Of a stretch of DNA of 64,000 bases, positions 1 through 11,889 are shown in pieces. The position numbers were made by a program, and so were the translations under genes. The notes below the pieces were generated by a model that had not been told where the DNA came from, searched no databases, and worked only from the letters and a program-made list of their open reading frames with translations. Positions within the stretch are counted from its first letter, which is position 1. Every line of letters starts with the position of its first letter. The stretch covers positions 62,620,001 to 62,684,000 of the forward strand of contig CM126222.1 of assembly GCA_052327205.1 (NCBI GenBank), written 5' to 3'. The stretch is from Somniosus microcephalus. Lineage: Eukaryota.

Positions 1-159
1 ATATACTAAATGCAAACAAACAGAAACTTCAATGAGGTAAATAAACACATTTGTAAAAGCTAAGGATTTAGACACTATCTTTTTATAGTACTAGAGTAAA
101 ATTTTAAACCAAATCTATACATCACAGTAATACTAAAAAAACAAAGTAATTATACTGAC

Positions 160-238
160 CCGATTCTTAACTTCATTTCCCCGGACAGATGATTTAGGCT
201 TTCGTGAACTTGCCATACTAAGTGGCAATAGACCAAAT
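160..238 (-). CDS. COG1: COG1 exon 13; final exon lies beyond the window start
   Basis: ttccag|A acceptor and CGG|gtcagt donor; (R)FGLLPLSMASSRKPKSSVRGNEVKNR; 79 nt. Confidence 0.9.
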
Positions 239-683
239 CTGGAACACAGATTCACAATACTAATGTTGTGTACGGTTTCGTTAACCACAAGTGACAAACT
301 ATTATGGATCAGAACAAGTGAGCAAATTAGCTGCATAATAATGTATTAAAATGCTGTAAGTTAGCTGAATTGCTGACCTGCTAATGTGTTGTGTCAAAGC
401 AGAAATTGAAATATGCTTCTTTGCGCCAGCTGCACACACGTCTTCATTTTTACCAGGGCCAGTTTGTAAGCTGGCACGTCAGGGATAGAACCTCTCACCA
501 AAAACACACATTGGAAACTAAGTTGTTGCCAAAAACTCATGTGGTCTACATGCACTTGAATATTAGCAACATTATTCAGCCAAACATGAACTGACCACAA
601 TATGGACCTTTCACTTTACTGAGTTAGTGTTAGTTTTGCTGCCTTTTAATGCAAGAAACATATTATAAAGCAAGTGCTACCCT

Positions 684-810
684 GTCAAAAGGTCAACGAC
701 CTGAAACTTTAACTCGGTTTCTCTCTCCACAGATGCTGCCTGACCGGCTGAGTATTTCCAGCATTTTCTGTTTTTAATTCACATTTACAGCTTCCGCAGT
801 TTTTTGCTTT
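684..810 (+). mobile_element. Penelope-like element 3'/pLTR fragment
   Basis: Near-identical to 42922-43018; flanked by tgctaccct / tgctatcct, a probable TSD. Confidence 0.75.
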
Positions 811-1169
811 TGCTATCCTACTGGACCACTTAAAAAGGAATACTTTACTAAGGTGCATTGGGAGGATTTGATCTTAGAATTTCAATCTGTACAATAAACG
901 AGCTACAGCAATGCCGGCATGGTGCTAAAGTGGAATCAAGGTGTTGGCTGATGTATTTCAACCTTAATTAATGGGTTTCAAGAAGGAGCCAGACAGATTC
1001 TAATCAACAAATGAGATTTAGGGTTATTAGAAATGGAAATACTGTGGATAGGTAGGCTGGATGGACTGAAGATCTTCTGCCTGCCTGAAAGTGTTACTAG
1101 GTTACAAAGCATAGAGTTAAAAATATGAGATTATAGAGGGTGGTGTCCAATCAAGCAAACTTAAAATCA

Positions 1170-1265
1170 GTACAACAACAACAATTTGCATTTATATAGC
1201 GCCTTTAACACAGTGAAACATCCTGAGAAGCTTCACAGGAGCGTTATCAACCAAAATTTGATGAG
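1170..1265 (-). mobile_element. L2-type LINE 3' end fragment
   Basis: acaacaa..ttgcatttatatagcgcctttaac...ttcacaggagcgttatcaa; the same tail recurs at 29125 and 58135. Confidence 0.6.
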
Positions 1266-1517
1266 CAACTCTTTAGAATGGAGGTCTTCTAGTTTCCACA
1301 ATTGTTAAATTCCTACTGTCCAAGCAAAATTATATTGGCATTGAGAGCTATGCAAGTCTTATCTGCTCCCCATTTGGATAGAAAACAGTTTGATAGTATC
1401 TATTATCAAGTTTGGACTGTATTTCAATTCCTTTCAGACCACATAAACATGTGCGTAAGCTTACTGCAGTACAACCCTTTCAAGCTTGCTGCAGAAATTC
1501 AATAAGGATTCACTTAC

Positions 1518-1627
1518 CGGATCTGACTAGAAGCCAGTGGCAAGATGTTATGAGGTTCTTGTGAATTAAAGGTTGCACTTCTGCTGGTATATTGTTTCTC
1601 TGTGCCTGTTAATAATCCAAACAGCAC
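1518..1627 (-). CDS. COG1: COG1 exon 12 (not in ORF track)
   Basis: ctttag|GTG acceptor and CG|gtaagt donor; VLFGLLTGTEKQYTSRSATFNSQEPHNILPLASSQIR; 110 nt. Confidence 0.95.
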
Positions 1628-2534
1628 CTAAAGGACAGAAATATGTATTTTACAGTGCGATTTTCTACATCAATACAACATTTTTCTGTCAGACTCTACG
1701 GGCCGCTAAGATTTGTTCATCAGAGGCCTGGCCTTGCTTTGGCAAGTTTTACATTTCAAAGATTGATGTGGTTACAAGAGCCTGAGCTTTTAAGGGTGGG
1801 TAAACACGTCTTTAACCCCAATTTCAGCCAATGAAAAAGCAAATTTTTTGGAATTAGGGATTTAAAGATGAACACTCTAAATTTAAGGCACTGAAGGATA
1901 GGGAGTGAGAATAGGGGTGATGCAAGAGCAGGACTTGGTACAGGACAGGATACAGCTGTGTTTTAGATTTTTTTTTTTTTAAATATAGTATGGTTAGCAG
2001 TACAGCAATGAGGCTAATTCTGACATCTGGAGTTGCTTCATCACAGTATCATTAAGGATTTGCTTCAGTGTCACGGTACATCAAAACTGGTTAGCATAAG
2101 GGGACAGCAGTCAATGTGCCCATTTTATATGAGTACCTGCCAGTACACAAAGGCTTACAAACAGGATGTTCTATGAGTGTTCCTCAGAGAATATACTCCT
2201 TTAAATAATGGTAGGTTATAAATAATAATTGTATTTGCAATATTTAACTCAGGCAATGCTAAATATACTGCAAAGCTTGTAAAGAGATAAATAAGCAATT
2301 AGACATCATTTTTTCCCCACTTATAATGGAAAGTATACACATTTTCTAGTAAAATATGTTTTTTTTTTCTACTTTATCTATACTGCATCTCAGAAGGGAA
2401 GCATGAAAGCATGCAACCTTAGATATCAATACAGACACCGCTGTCACTCTGCGGCCAGCCAAGTGCAAACTATGGTAATAATCCACCAGCTTCCTGTTTC
2501 ACCCATCAGCTAAACAATTCAGTTTCACTTAGTA

Positions 2535-4500
2535 CTGTTCCTGCAGATTGGAAGGCAGCAAATGTAACCCCACTATTTAAGAAAGGAGGGAGAGAGAAAA
2601 CGGGAACTAGACCAGTTCGCCTGACATCAGTAGTAGGGAAAATGCTAGAATCTATTATTAAGGACGTGGTAATAGGGCACTTAGAAAATAATAATAGGAT
2701 TGGACAGAGTCAACACGGATTTATGAAAGGGAAATTGTGTTTGACGAATCTTAAGAGATTTTCAGGTTGCAACTAGCAGAACAGATAAGGGGGAACCAGT
2801 GGATTTGGTGTATTTGGATTTTCAGAAGGCATTCGATAAGATGCCACACAAGAGGTTATTAAACAAAATTGGGGCTCATGGGATTGGGGGTAATACACTA
2901 GCATGGATTGAGGATTGGTTAACGGACAAAAAAAAGAGTAGGAATAAACGGGTCATTTTCGGGTTGGCAGGCTGTAACTAGTGGGGTACCGCAAGGATCA
3001 GAGCTTGGGCCTCAGCTATTCACAATCTATATCAATGATTTGGATGAGGGAACCAAATGCAATACAGGTTGAGCATCCAAAATCCAGAGTTCCGGAATCT
3101 GGACGATTGGTGGCAGGGTCGTCTGGAATCCAGAACTTCGGATTTTGGACGCTGAACCTGTACTTCAAAAAGCCATTAACTTTTGTTATCTTTTTTTGAA
3201 AAATCCTATGAAAAATGTGAGTGATACAATAAAACTTGAGTGTTGTGTGTTATCCTCCTTAATCTGCACAGCTCCACCAAGTGTTTCCGCCAGGCTGCGG
3301 CCACAGCACCACGCCGCCCTGGTGGCCTAGTGTGGGCCATCGGATGCTCTGCAGAGCTCGCAGCGTCCCTCCCCTTTAACAGAAGGGGAGGGGTGGAGAA
3401 ACGCATCAGCGCTACGCAGAGCGGCCCAGGCATTTCCGGACGCTGAACGTCTTTCTGATGTCCGAAGTCCGGAAACGCCCGAGCCCAGGTTGCGATATTT
3501 CCGGACTTCGGACATCAGAAACACGTTCCGAAGTCCGGAAACACATGAAAATTTGCTCGGGCTCGGTCCAGAGGTTGCCGGATTTTAGACACTCAACCTG
3601 TATATCCAAGTTTGCTGATGATACAAACCTGGGTGAGAATGTAAATTGTGAGGAGGATGCAGAGAGGCTTCAAGGGGATATAGACAAGCTAAGTGAGTGG
3701 GCAAGAATATGGCATAATGTGGAGAAATGTGAAGTTATCCATTTTAGTAGGAAAAATAGAAAAGCAGAGTATTTTTTAAATGGAGATTGGGAAATGTTGG
3801 TGTTCAGAGGGACCTGGGTATCCTTGTACAAGAATCACTGAAAGTTAACATGCAGGTACAGCAAGCAATTAGGAAAGCAAATGGTATGTTGGCCTTTATT
3901 ACAAGAGGATTTGAGTATAAGAGTAAAGACGTCTTACTGCAATTATATAGGGCCCTGGTGAGACCACACCTGGTGTATTGTGTACAGTTTTGGTCTCCTT
4001 ACCGAAAGAAGGATATACTTGCCATAGAGGGAGTGCAACGAAGGTTCACCAGACTGATTCCTGGGATGGGGAGGTTGTCCTATGAGGAGAGATAGACTAG
4101 GCCTATGATCTCTGGAGTTTAGAAGAATGAAAGGTGATCTAATTGAAACATACAAAATTCTTACAGGGCTTGACAAGGTAGATGCAGGGAGGATGTTTCC
4201 CCTGGCTGGGGAGTGTAGAACCAGGTCACAGTCTCAGAATAAGGGGTCAGCCATTTAGGACTGCGATGAAGAGAAATTTCTTCACTCAGGGTGGTGAATC
4301 TTTGGAATTCTCTGCCCGAGGGCTGTGGAGGCTCAGTCGTTAAGAGTATATTCAAGGCAGAGGTCGATAGATTTTTGGATATTAATGGAATCAAGGGATA
4401 TGGGGATAGTGGAGTTGAAGTAGATGATCAGCCATGATCTTATTGAATGGCGGAGCAGGCTCGAGGGGCCAAATGGCCGACTCCTGCTCCTATTTCTTAT
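2535..4500 (+). mobile_element. CR1 LINE 3' portion (degraded RT), interrupted by a MITE
   Basis: VDLVYLDFQKAFDK, SKFADDT, LYRALVRPHL.YCVQFWSP; CR1 3' tail gatcagccatgatc..gaatggcggagcaggctcga..ctcctgctcctat. Confidence 0.9.
3065..3600. mobile_element. Tigger/pogo-like MITE inserted in CR1
   Basis: TA|CAGGTTGAG...CTCAACCTG|TA; CR1 sequence resumes exactly across it. Confidence 0.85.
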
Positions 4501-4577
4501 TGGCCCAATAACTCAGCCAAGGTTGCATCTTGAGAAAGCAGAGACAAATTTGTTTTGAATCTGGCGACTGTACTTAC

Positions 4578-4686
4578 AGATGTCCTTTGAGAAAGTTTGT
4601 TCAGATTGTTGTTAAGGTGTGGGGTAAAAACATCCAAATCAAACGGATCAATATGGCTTTCCAAAGTATCAGCCACATTCTGAACC
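4578..4686 (-). CDS. COG1: COG1 exon 11 (not in ORF track)
   Basis: aatcag|G acceptor and TCT|gtaagt donor; VQNVADTLESHIDPFDLDVFTPHLNNNLNKLSQRTS (COG1 IDPFDLDVF motif); 109 nt. Confidence 0.95.
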
Positions 4687-4815
4687 CTGATTCAATAAAC
4701 ACAGAGAAGAATATCAACCTTGATAGAGACTCGATTTGTCTCTCCAATACCAGGAGTATATATAAAATAAGAATTTAAAAGTGAAATAACTTTGCTATTT
4801 AAAGGAAATCAGTAC

Positions 4816-4943
4816 CTCGGGTCCAGCTGGATCCTGCTGCTTTTCACCTCTTCATTTCTGGCTGTTAAAACTGAACCAAGGTACCGAAGATCAAAAAGCA
4901 GTTGCAGAGCTCTATTCTGGGTTAAAGGGAATGCAGAATCAAC
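4816..4943 (-). CDS. COG1: COG1 exon 10 (not in ORF track)
   Basis: tttcag|GTT acceptor and AG|gtactg donor; VDSAFPLTQNRALQLLFDLRYLGSVLTARNEEVKSSRIQLDPR; 128 nt. Confidence 0.94.
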
Positions 4944-5946
4944 CTGAAACAGAACAAATTAGTGCCACATTTAGCAGTTATGCTCCAAGGAAATTAATTC
5001 AGTAACCTCTCTTTTTAAGTTGTTTCTAAGTCAGAAAGAAACTGTTTTTGAATGAAGGACTTCTGATCCTGAAGTACTGTAGATCTTAAAGCTCCATAAT
5101 CACACCCTGTATTAAAAGTAGCAGAGTTCCGGTGATTCCCGATAAGATGGGGAATTTATAACTGAAGGTCACCAAGAGACGATTATATCCTTCTAACAAT
5201 GTAATATTGCCAGAGGTAGTTCAGCTGGTTGCCTGCCTACCCCCCCCTTGAATGAGGAATAATTTGAGGCAATGAGGATGTAAAGCATAAAACAAAATAA
5301 ACTTTAATAAAAGAATAAAACAAACAAAGCCACAAGTTCTCTCCAGGACCATGACTCGCCAATGTTGCTGGTGGCTCATGCAAAACACATTGTGGACTTC
5401 AACATCTTCCAAATACTCGGAGATCAGATTATAATTGGAGAGTGTGAGGGAGGTGCTGCCAATGTAAGCAGGATCTGTCAGTGGACTCTCAGTGCGATCA
5501 GGAACTAGCAATTTTTGAATGGCATTCATCTGACTGCAAATCAAATAAAGAGGGATTATTCAGGGTTGCAAAGAAAATGTTTCAAAAGTCTGTTGTATTT
5601 ACACAAGTCATTTTCTTGAATGCAGAAACAGATGGAAAGTCAAAGCAACTATTTGAGACAAGTGATGTGGGGGAGGGTACCAAATTGCTGCTGCCTCCTA
5701 AAATACTGAAAGATTTAAAAGAGTTAAATGATTTGCTTCTTTAATCTGCTTTCACATTTCAATGAGAGAATTTCATTTGACACTTTTCATGCTTGGGTGA
5801 TGAATGATAAAAGTTTTTCTCGTGTTTGAAGAACTGTAGACCATTTTTGCAAATTAACTGTTTCCACTGCACGTCAAAACGAGTCATCTCCAACTTCTGT
5901 GCGATCGCAGCTCTGGTTACTTATTTTCACAGCAATAGGTCTGGAG

Positions 5947-6080
5947 CAATGTTCGCGTTAAACTGCGTGGCGGTCTGGAGGTCCCATGCAGGCCGCTCAG
6001 CAGCTTTTAAATGGAAAAACCGCACATGTGCGGGAATTTGAATGGCCCGCGCACCAAAAAAAGAATTAGCAGGAACATTG
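5947..6080. mobile_element. hAT-like MITE
   Basis: TIR CAATGTTC/GAACATTG with an 8-bp TSD GTCTGGAG; same family as 40761-40919. Confidence 0.8.
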
Positions 6081-7328
6081 GTCTGGAGGATCAAAGGTCA
6101 AAACTTTGTTGCAATATCGAATAACCACCACCAGATGTCTTTAGCACACTTTTGAACATGATCCATGCTTTATAGAGACCTGCAGTGGACCAGACACAGG
6201 GATAGGGGGATAAAACAGGCCATCTGTAGGAACTTTAAGATATTCATAGATTTACTGCCAGAGAATACATACTGCGTATCATAAAAATTGAGGATTAGAA
6301 GGCTGGTTTTAGTATTGGCATTTTAAGGCATTAAAAATATCATATTTTAATCATTAGATGCAGTAAACCAACAATGTCTTGGAGCTGCTCCTGCTCCACC
6401 AATGTAACTTGGCTGGGAGAGTGGCGGAAACCCCGTTTACACACAAACAGGGTTTCTGCCGCACTGCTGATGAAGTTACGGTGGCAAAACAGGAGCAGCT
6501 CTGAGGAAATTACTACCCATCAAACTCAAGTTGTGCCAATAGAAAAATGGTTAAAAAGCTTCAGCCTTCATCACAATCTCTTACTTTTGAGTTTAATGAC
6601 ACAGCAAAGACACTGATTGTCTGGGTGGATGCACCAACTACATAGTAAATTAGTAACACTTCCAAGACTTGATATACACCATGTACATAAACCTTTGAAA
6701 TTAAAATCAGACTGGCAATAAGTAATGGATTGCACAGATTGCTTAATTTCTATGTTCTTCGAATTATTTCATTTTTGCTTTATGAAAACAATGTCTATGA
6801 CACTGGTTTTATTTAAAGCCATCATCAACTAACCAAATATAAAACACATTACAAGTTGAGGTGGAGTGGGGTGTTGATACCACCAGGCCTGTTATTGTGA
6901 ACATGGTCTGTCTTGGATGACTGTGGCTGCATGTGCAATTTCCTGGGCAACACAAGTGACAGATGCAAAATAAATTCCACTATCCCATTGAAATTAAAGA
7001 CACTGTGTAGCACTTTTACAGCCATTATCCAATCAATAAATGTAGATTTGCTCATCCCCCAATACCAAACTGAAGGACACAATTCTTCATACGTGTATAC
7101 ACCAAACTGGTCAATGGATCTGAATAAAAAAAACGGATGGGCTAGAAAGGAATTAAAGAGAGCGACGCATAGGTGGGTTCAACGAGACTCACGATTGTTA
7201 CTTTTTTGAAATGCATGCCATGACTCAGGACTTTGTTTGAATACTTAGTGTAGTTATTTTGCAGTTACAGCATTATTTAGAGGACCAACAATAGCCTGCT
7301 AATTTAAAAAAAAAAAATAAATACACAC

Positions 7329-7490
7329 CTTATCCAGTTTTGTGGAACACAATTTTTCATAACCAGTAAGCACCTCATCCAAACAAGACTTCAGCAACTC
7401 CTGAAGTGTGACCTTAGGAACAGCATGACCTCCAACTCGGTTTACTTCTTGGCACAAGTGAAAAAGCAGTGACTGGACGTACCAAGATGG
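7329..7490 (-). CDS. COG1: COG1 exon 9 (not in ORF track)
   Basis: ccatag|CCA acceptor and AAG|gtgtgt donor; PSWYVQSLLFHLCQEVNRVGGHAVPKVTLQELLKSCLDEVLTGYEKLCSTKLDK; 162 nt. Confidence 0.95.
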
Positions 7491-7589
7491 CTATGGAAAA
7501 ATCAAAGACACAAAACAAATTAAGTGCTAGAATAATAATTTAACATTCTAGAAAAATTAATTTTCTGAAAATAAACAGCCCAAGCGGTT

Positions 7590-9385
7590 TAAGAACATAA
7601 GAAATAGGAGCAGGAGTCGTCCATCCGGCCCCTCAGGCCATTCAATAAGATCATGGCTGATCTACCTCATCTCCACTTTCCCGCCCTATCCCCACATCCC
7701 TTGATTCCCTTAATAGCCAAAATTCTATCGATCTGTCTTGAATATACTCAACGACTGAGCCTCCACAGCCCTCTGGGGTAGAGAATTCCAAAGATTCACC
7801 ACCCTCTCAGTGAAGAAATTTCTCCTCATCTCAGTCCTAAATGGCCGACCCCTTATTCTGAGACTGTGACCCCTGCTTCTAGACTCCCCTGCATCTACCC
7901 TGTCAAGCCCTGTAAGAATTTTGTATGTTTCAATGAGATCACCTCTCATTCTTCTAAACTCGAGAACATAGGCCTAGTCTACTCAATCTCTCCTCATAGG
8001 ACAATCCCCCCCATCCCAGGAATCAGTCTGGTGAACCTTCATTACACTCCCTCTATGGCAAGTATATCCTTCCTTAGGTAAGGAGACCAAAACTGTACAC
8101 AATACTCCAGGTGTGGTCTCACCAGAGCCCTATATAATTGCAGTAAGACGTCTTTACTCTTATATTCAAATCCTCTTGTAATAAAGGCCAACATACCATT
8201 TGATTTCCTAAATGATTGCTGTACCAACATGTTAACTTTCAGTGATTCGTGTACAAGGACACCAGGTCCCTCTGAACACCAACATTTCCCAATAGCTCAC
8301 CATTTAAAAAATACTCTGCTTTTCTATTTTTCCTACCAAAGTGGATTACTTCACATTTCTCCACATTATATTCCATTTGCCATGTTCTTGCCCACTCACT
8401 TAGCTTGTCTATATCCCCTTGAAGCCTCCTTGCATCCTCCTCACAACTTACATTCCCACCCAGCTTTGTATCAGCAGCAAACTTGGATATATTACATTTC
8501 CTACTTTCCAATCTGCGGGAATCGTTCTAGAATCTATGGAATTTTGGAAAATGACAACCAATGCATCCGCTATCTCTATAGCCGCCTCTTTCAAAATCCT
8601 AGGATGTAGGCCATTAGGTCCAGGGGATTTATCGGCTTTCAGTCCCATTAATTTCTCCAGTACTATTTTTTTTTACTAATACTAATTTCTTTCAGTTTCT
8701 CATTCTCGATAGACCCTTGGTTCTCTGCTATTTCCTGGAAGTTTTTTGTATATTTGTTTAATCTCTCTGCCATTTCCTTATTCCCCATTATAATTTCTCC
8801 TGTCTCAGCCTGTAAGGGACTCACATTTACTTTCACGAATCTTTTCCATTTTCATACCTATAGAAGCTTTTACAGTCTGTTTTTATGTCTCTCACTAGTT
8901 CACTCCCATATTCTATTTTTCCTTTCTTTATCAACTTCTTGGTCCTCCTTTGCTGAATTCTAAAATCCCCCCAATCCTCAGGCTTACTACTCATTTTGGC
9001 AACATTATAAGCCTCTTCCTTTGATCTAATATTATCTTTAACTTCTCGTTGACCACAGTTGAACCGCTTTCCCTGTGGGGCTTTTGTGCCTTAATTTACA
9101 ACAAATATATATTCCTTTATGTATTAATTCTTTAAATGCTAGCCATTGCTTGTCCACCATCATACCTTTTAATGTAGTTTCCCAATCTACCCTTAGCTAA
9201 TTCGCCCCTCAGTAGTTTGCTTTGTTTAGATTTAAGACCCTAGTTTCAGATTTAGCTAAATCACTTTCAAACTCAATATAAAATTCTATCATATTATGGT
9301 CACTCTTCCCTAAAGGTCCCTTTCACTACAAGGTTATTAATTAACCCTTTCTCATTGCACAATACTAGATCTAAAATAGCCTTAA
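7590..9385 (-). mobile_element. CR1 LINE, 5'-truncated, with an internal deletion near 8495
   Basis: KSPGPNGLHPRILKE, SKFAADTKLGG, LYRALVRPHLEYCVQFWSPY, RNFFTERVVNLWNSLP; 3' tail at 7590. Confidence 0.9.
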
Positions 9386-9486
9386 AAAAGTTAAATGCAA
9401 ACTGCTAAAGCAACTTTAAAGAAAGGTCACTGACAAGTTTGGAAATTCAAGTAAAATATAAAAGGAATGTAGATTTTAAATATATT

Positions 9487-9740
9487 GGCTCGGATTTTGC
9501 GGTGGGTATGACGGCGTACTCGGAGAGTATGCTGTCATACTGCCTTTGAAATATATCGCAAGTCCAGGATTTCCGCACACGCTGGCGCTAAATCCCGAAC
9601 TTGCGATCGGTCAAGGTACGCCTTGACAGATCATCCGCACAGCCTTGGAAATCGCAATTGCTGGCGCAGAGTTGGGCTTTTGCCCAATTACATTCAAAAA
9701 ATTTACAGTTAGTGAAAGCAGACACAGGAGCCTGTTTCAC
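9487..9740. mobile_element. Probable non-autonomous DNA-element fragment
   Basis: CpG-rich block starting ggctcggattttgcgg, resembling the GGATTTT-type termini at 45975 and 57112. Confidence 0.35.
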
Positions 9741-11297
9741 ATCTTAAAAGATCCAAGTGTACATTTTGGTGGAGGAAACTTTTTTTGGTTGGTCGATTAA
9801 GGTTCAAATGGCCGTGCCTTTCAATTTAAAGCATATATAGTGTGACACAGTACAGTACTGTCACCCAGTCTTCAAAACCAGGAAACATGGCAAACTAGAA
9901 TAAAAAGGTTTCAATTTTTCTAGCTCGATGTTCAATATAAATTGGTGCTTTTTATGTGTATGAGAGAGAGATGTACACAAGCACACAAGTAAATATTTAA
10001 ATAGCCTGAATAAAAACCATCTCCTAAATTCAAAACACTCTTCTCACAGCGCAGTGCGGCTCAACGCTCGACTTTGCAGACTTTGAAGAAGAAATCAATT
10101 CAAGATTTCACAGATAACTTAGTTGTTTCAACAATGTGTACTTTAGTTCTGTATCGTTAAATGGAGAGCACACATCCAAATCATACAAACAGTAGTTAAA
10201 GATTTTAATCATTTAATTTTGCAAGTTTCATGTGAACACACTATTTAGCATGCTCTATTTTACTTTGTTAAATTCTGAAAATTAAATTGATTGTGCATGA
10301 AAAAATATCCTTTAGAAACACAGAAGGCCAGGCAGATCGAAAGTCTTCATTATAATTACTTGGGAAGTTGAATAAGAAAGTTAAATAAAGTGAACAATTA
10401 TCAGTTTTCAGAGACCAATTCTATCCTTTCAACTCAAAAAATGAACGTAAACAATAGAATACATCTACAACAAAGAAAATAGATTTCTCTATTACTGTAC
10501 CAGTCTAAAGAATATATTTTAATCCTGAAAATTACCATTGAATATATGGCTGGGAATCGCTTTCTGAAGTTCAACAACATTACTTGTAGGAGATATAAAG
10601 CATTGTCAGGCCTTTACTGAGTATCAAAACAGGAAGTTGTATACATAGAGACTAATAAATTGAGAGTTTGGATGAAAAAAAAAACAAAATGCTGATATGA
10701 AATATGTCCAAGTACCAGTTTAATTAAAAGTTTTTAGAAGTTTTCAAAATGTAATTTCAATGGAAGAGACTGAAAGAAGTTTCTGTGGGCATGGCTTAGT
10801 TTTGACAGATTTTGTGGGCATGTGTTCCCTTACACATAGGCTGTATGCTGCGCTCCTGAGCTCACTGATGTCATACGCTACGCACACTCTGCAGCGCCGA
10901 AGAGGAAGTCTCCGTTCTGGGCCTCGCACAAGCCAAGTTCGTGTTCTTTTCGTAGGTCGGCGGTGTACGCCGTAGCTACGCCACCGACCATCATTTTTGG
11001 GCCGTTTAGTTTGCAATATCACTGGTCATCCAAAAAAGCTATTATATGGATGAAATCTTGTCCATTGGTACCTCTTAAAAAGAAAAATCAAACTTTTACA
11101 AAATATGGCTAATAGCCTTTCCACCTCAGCTTTTTAAAAAATATTTTAACATGGAGCACTGCTGCTATCACTCAAGGAGTTAACTCCAAGAAGTTGCTGT
11201 GGCGGACAAGGGAAGCGGAGTGAACTTCAATTGTTAATCCAAGGTGCTTCAACAATCTTGTCATTCGAACTATGAATATTAATTCAGCTCCTTCGAT

Positions 11298-11650
11298 GGC
11301 ACGGTGGCATAGTGGTTAGCACTGTTGCCTCACAGCGCCAGGGACCCGGGTTCGAATCCGGCCTCGGGTGACTGTGCAAACTCCACACAGACATTCTCCC
11401 CGTGTTTGCGTGGGTTTTCTCCGGGTGCTCCGGTTTCCTCCCACAGTCCAAAGATGTGCGGGTTAGGTTGATTGGCTATGATAAAATTGACCCTTAGTGT
11501 TAGGGGGATTAAATACGTGGGGTTACGGGGATAGGGTGGGATATGTGTTGGTGTAGGGGTTACGGGGATCGGGTGGGATATGTGTCGGTGCAGGCTCGAT
11601 GGGCCGAAATGGCCTCTATCTGCACTGTGGGGTTTCTCTGATTTCTGTGA
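11298..11650 (+). mobile_element. tRNA-derived V-SINE (HE1-like), near full length
   Basis: A box TGGCATAGTGG, B box GGTTCGAATCC, V-domain (gggtgctccggtttcctcccacagtccaaaga), CR1-type tail and ctgtgat repeats. Confidence 0.85.
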
Positions 11651-11889
11651 TATAGGGCCCAGCAACACCTGTCAAGCTGCCTAAAAAAAAGTCCACAGTG
11701 CTTATTAAATATTCCAAAACATGCACACAAAATCAGTCAAATATATCACAATTCTTTGATACAATTCAATTTTTTTTTTTATAAAAGCAAGTACTGATAT
11801 GGGACTGAATGGCAGAGTGGATTAGGGCACCGTTCTTGCACCTCTGGCAGCTGGAGGCGAATCCACCCTAGATTGCTGGGTTGTTAACA

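Noticed and set aside
6849-7209. Overlapping ORFs, and an acceptor-like ttattcag followed by IDQFGVYT resembling IDPFDLDVF
   Set aside because: The real exon 11 is at 4578-4686 and the exon chain is complete without this; the similarity is too short to be meaningful.
11298-11370. tRNA gene-like A/B boxes
   Set aside because: It is the head of a SINE that continues into the V-domain and tail.
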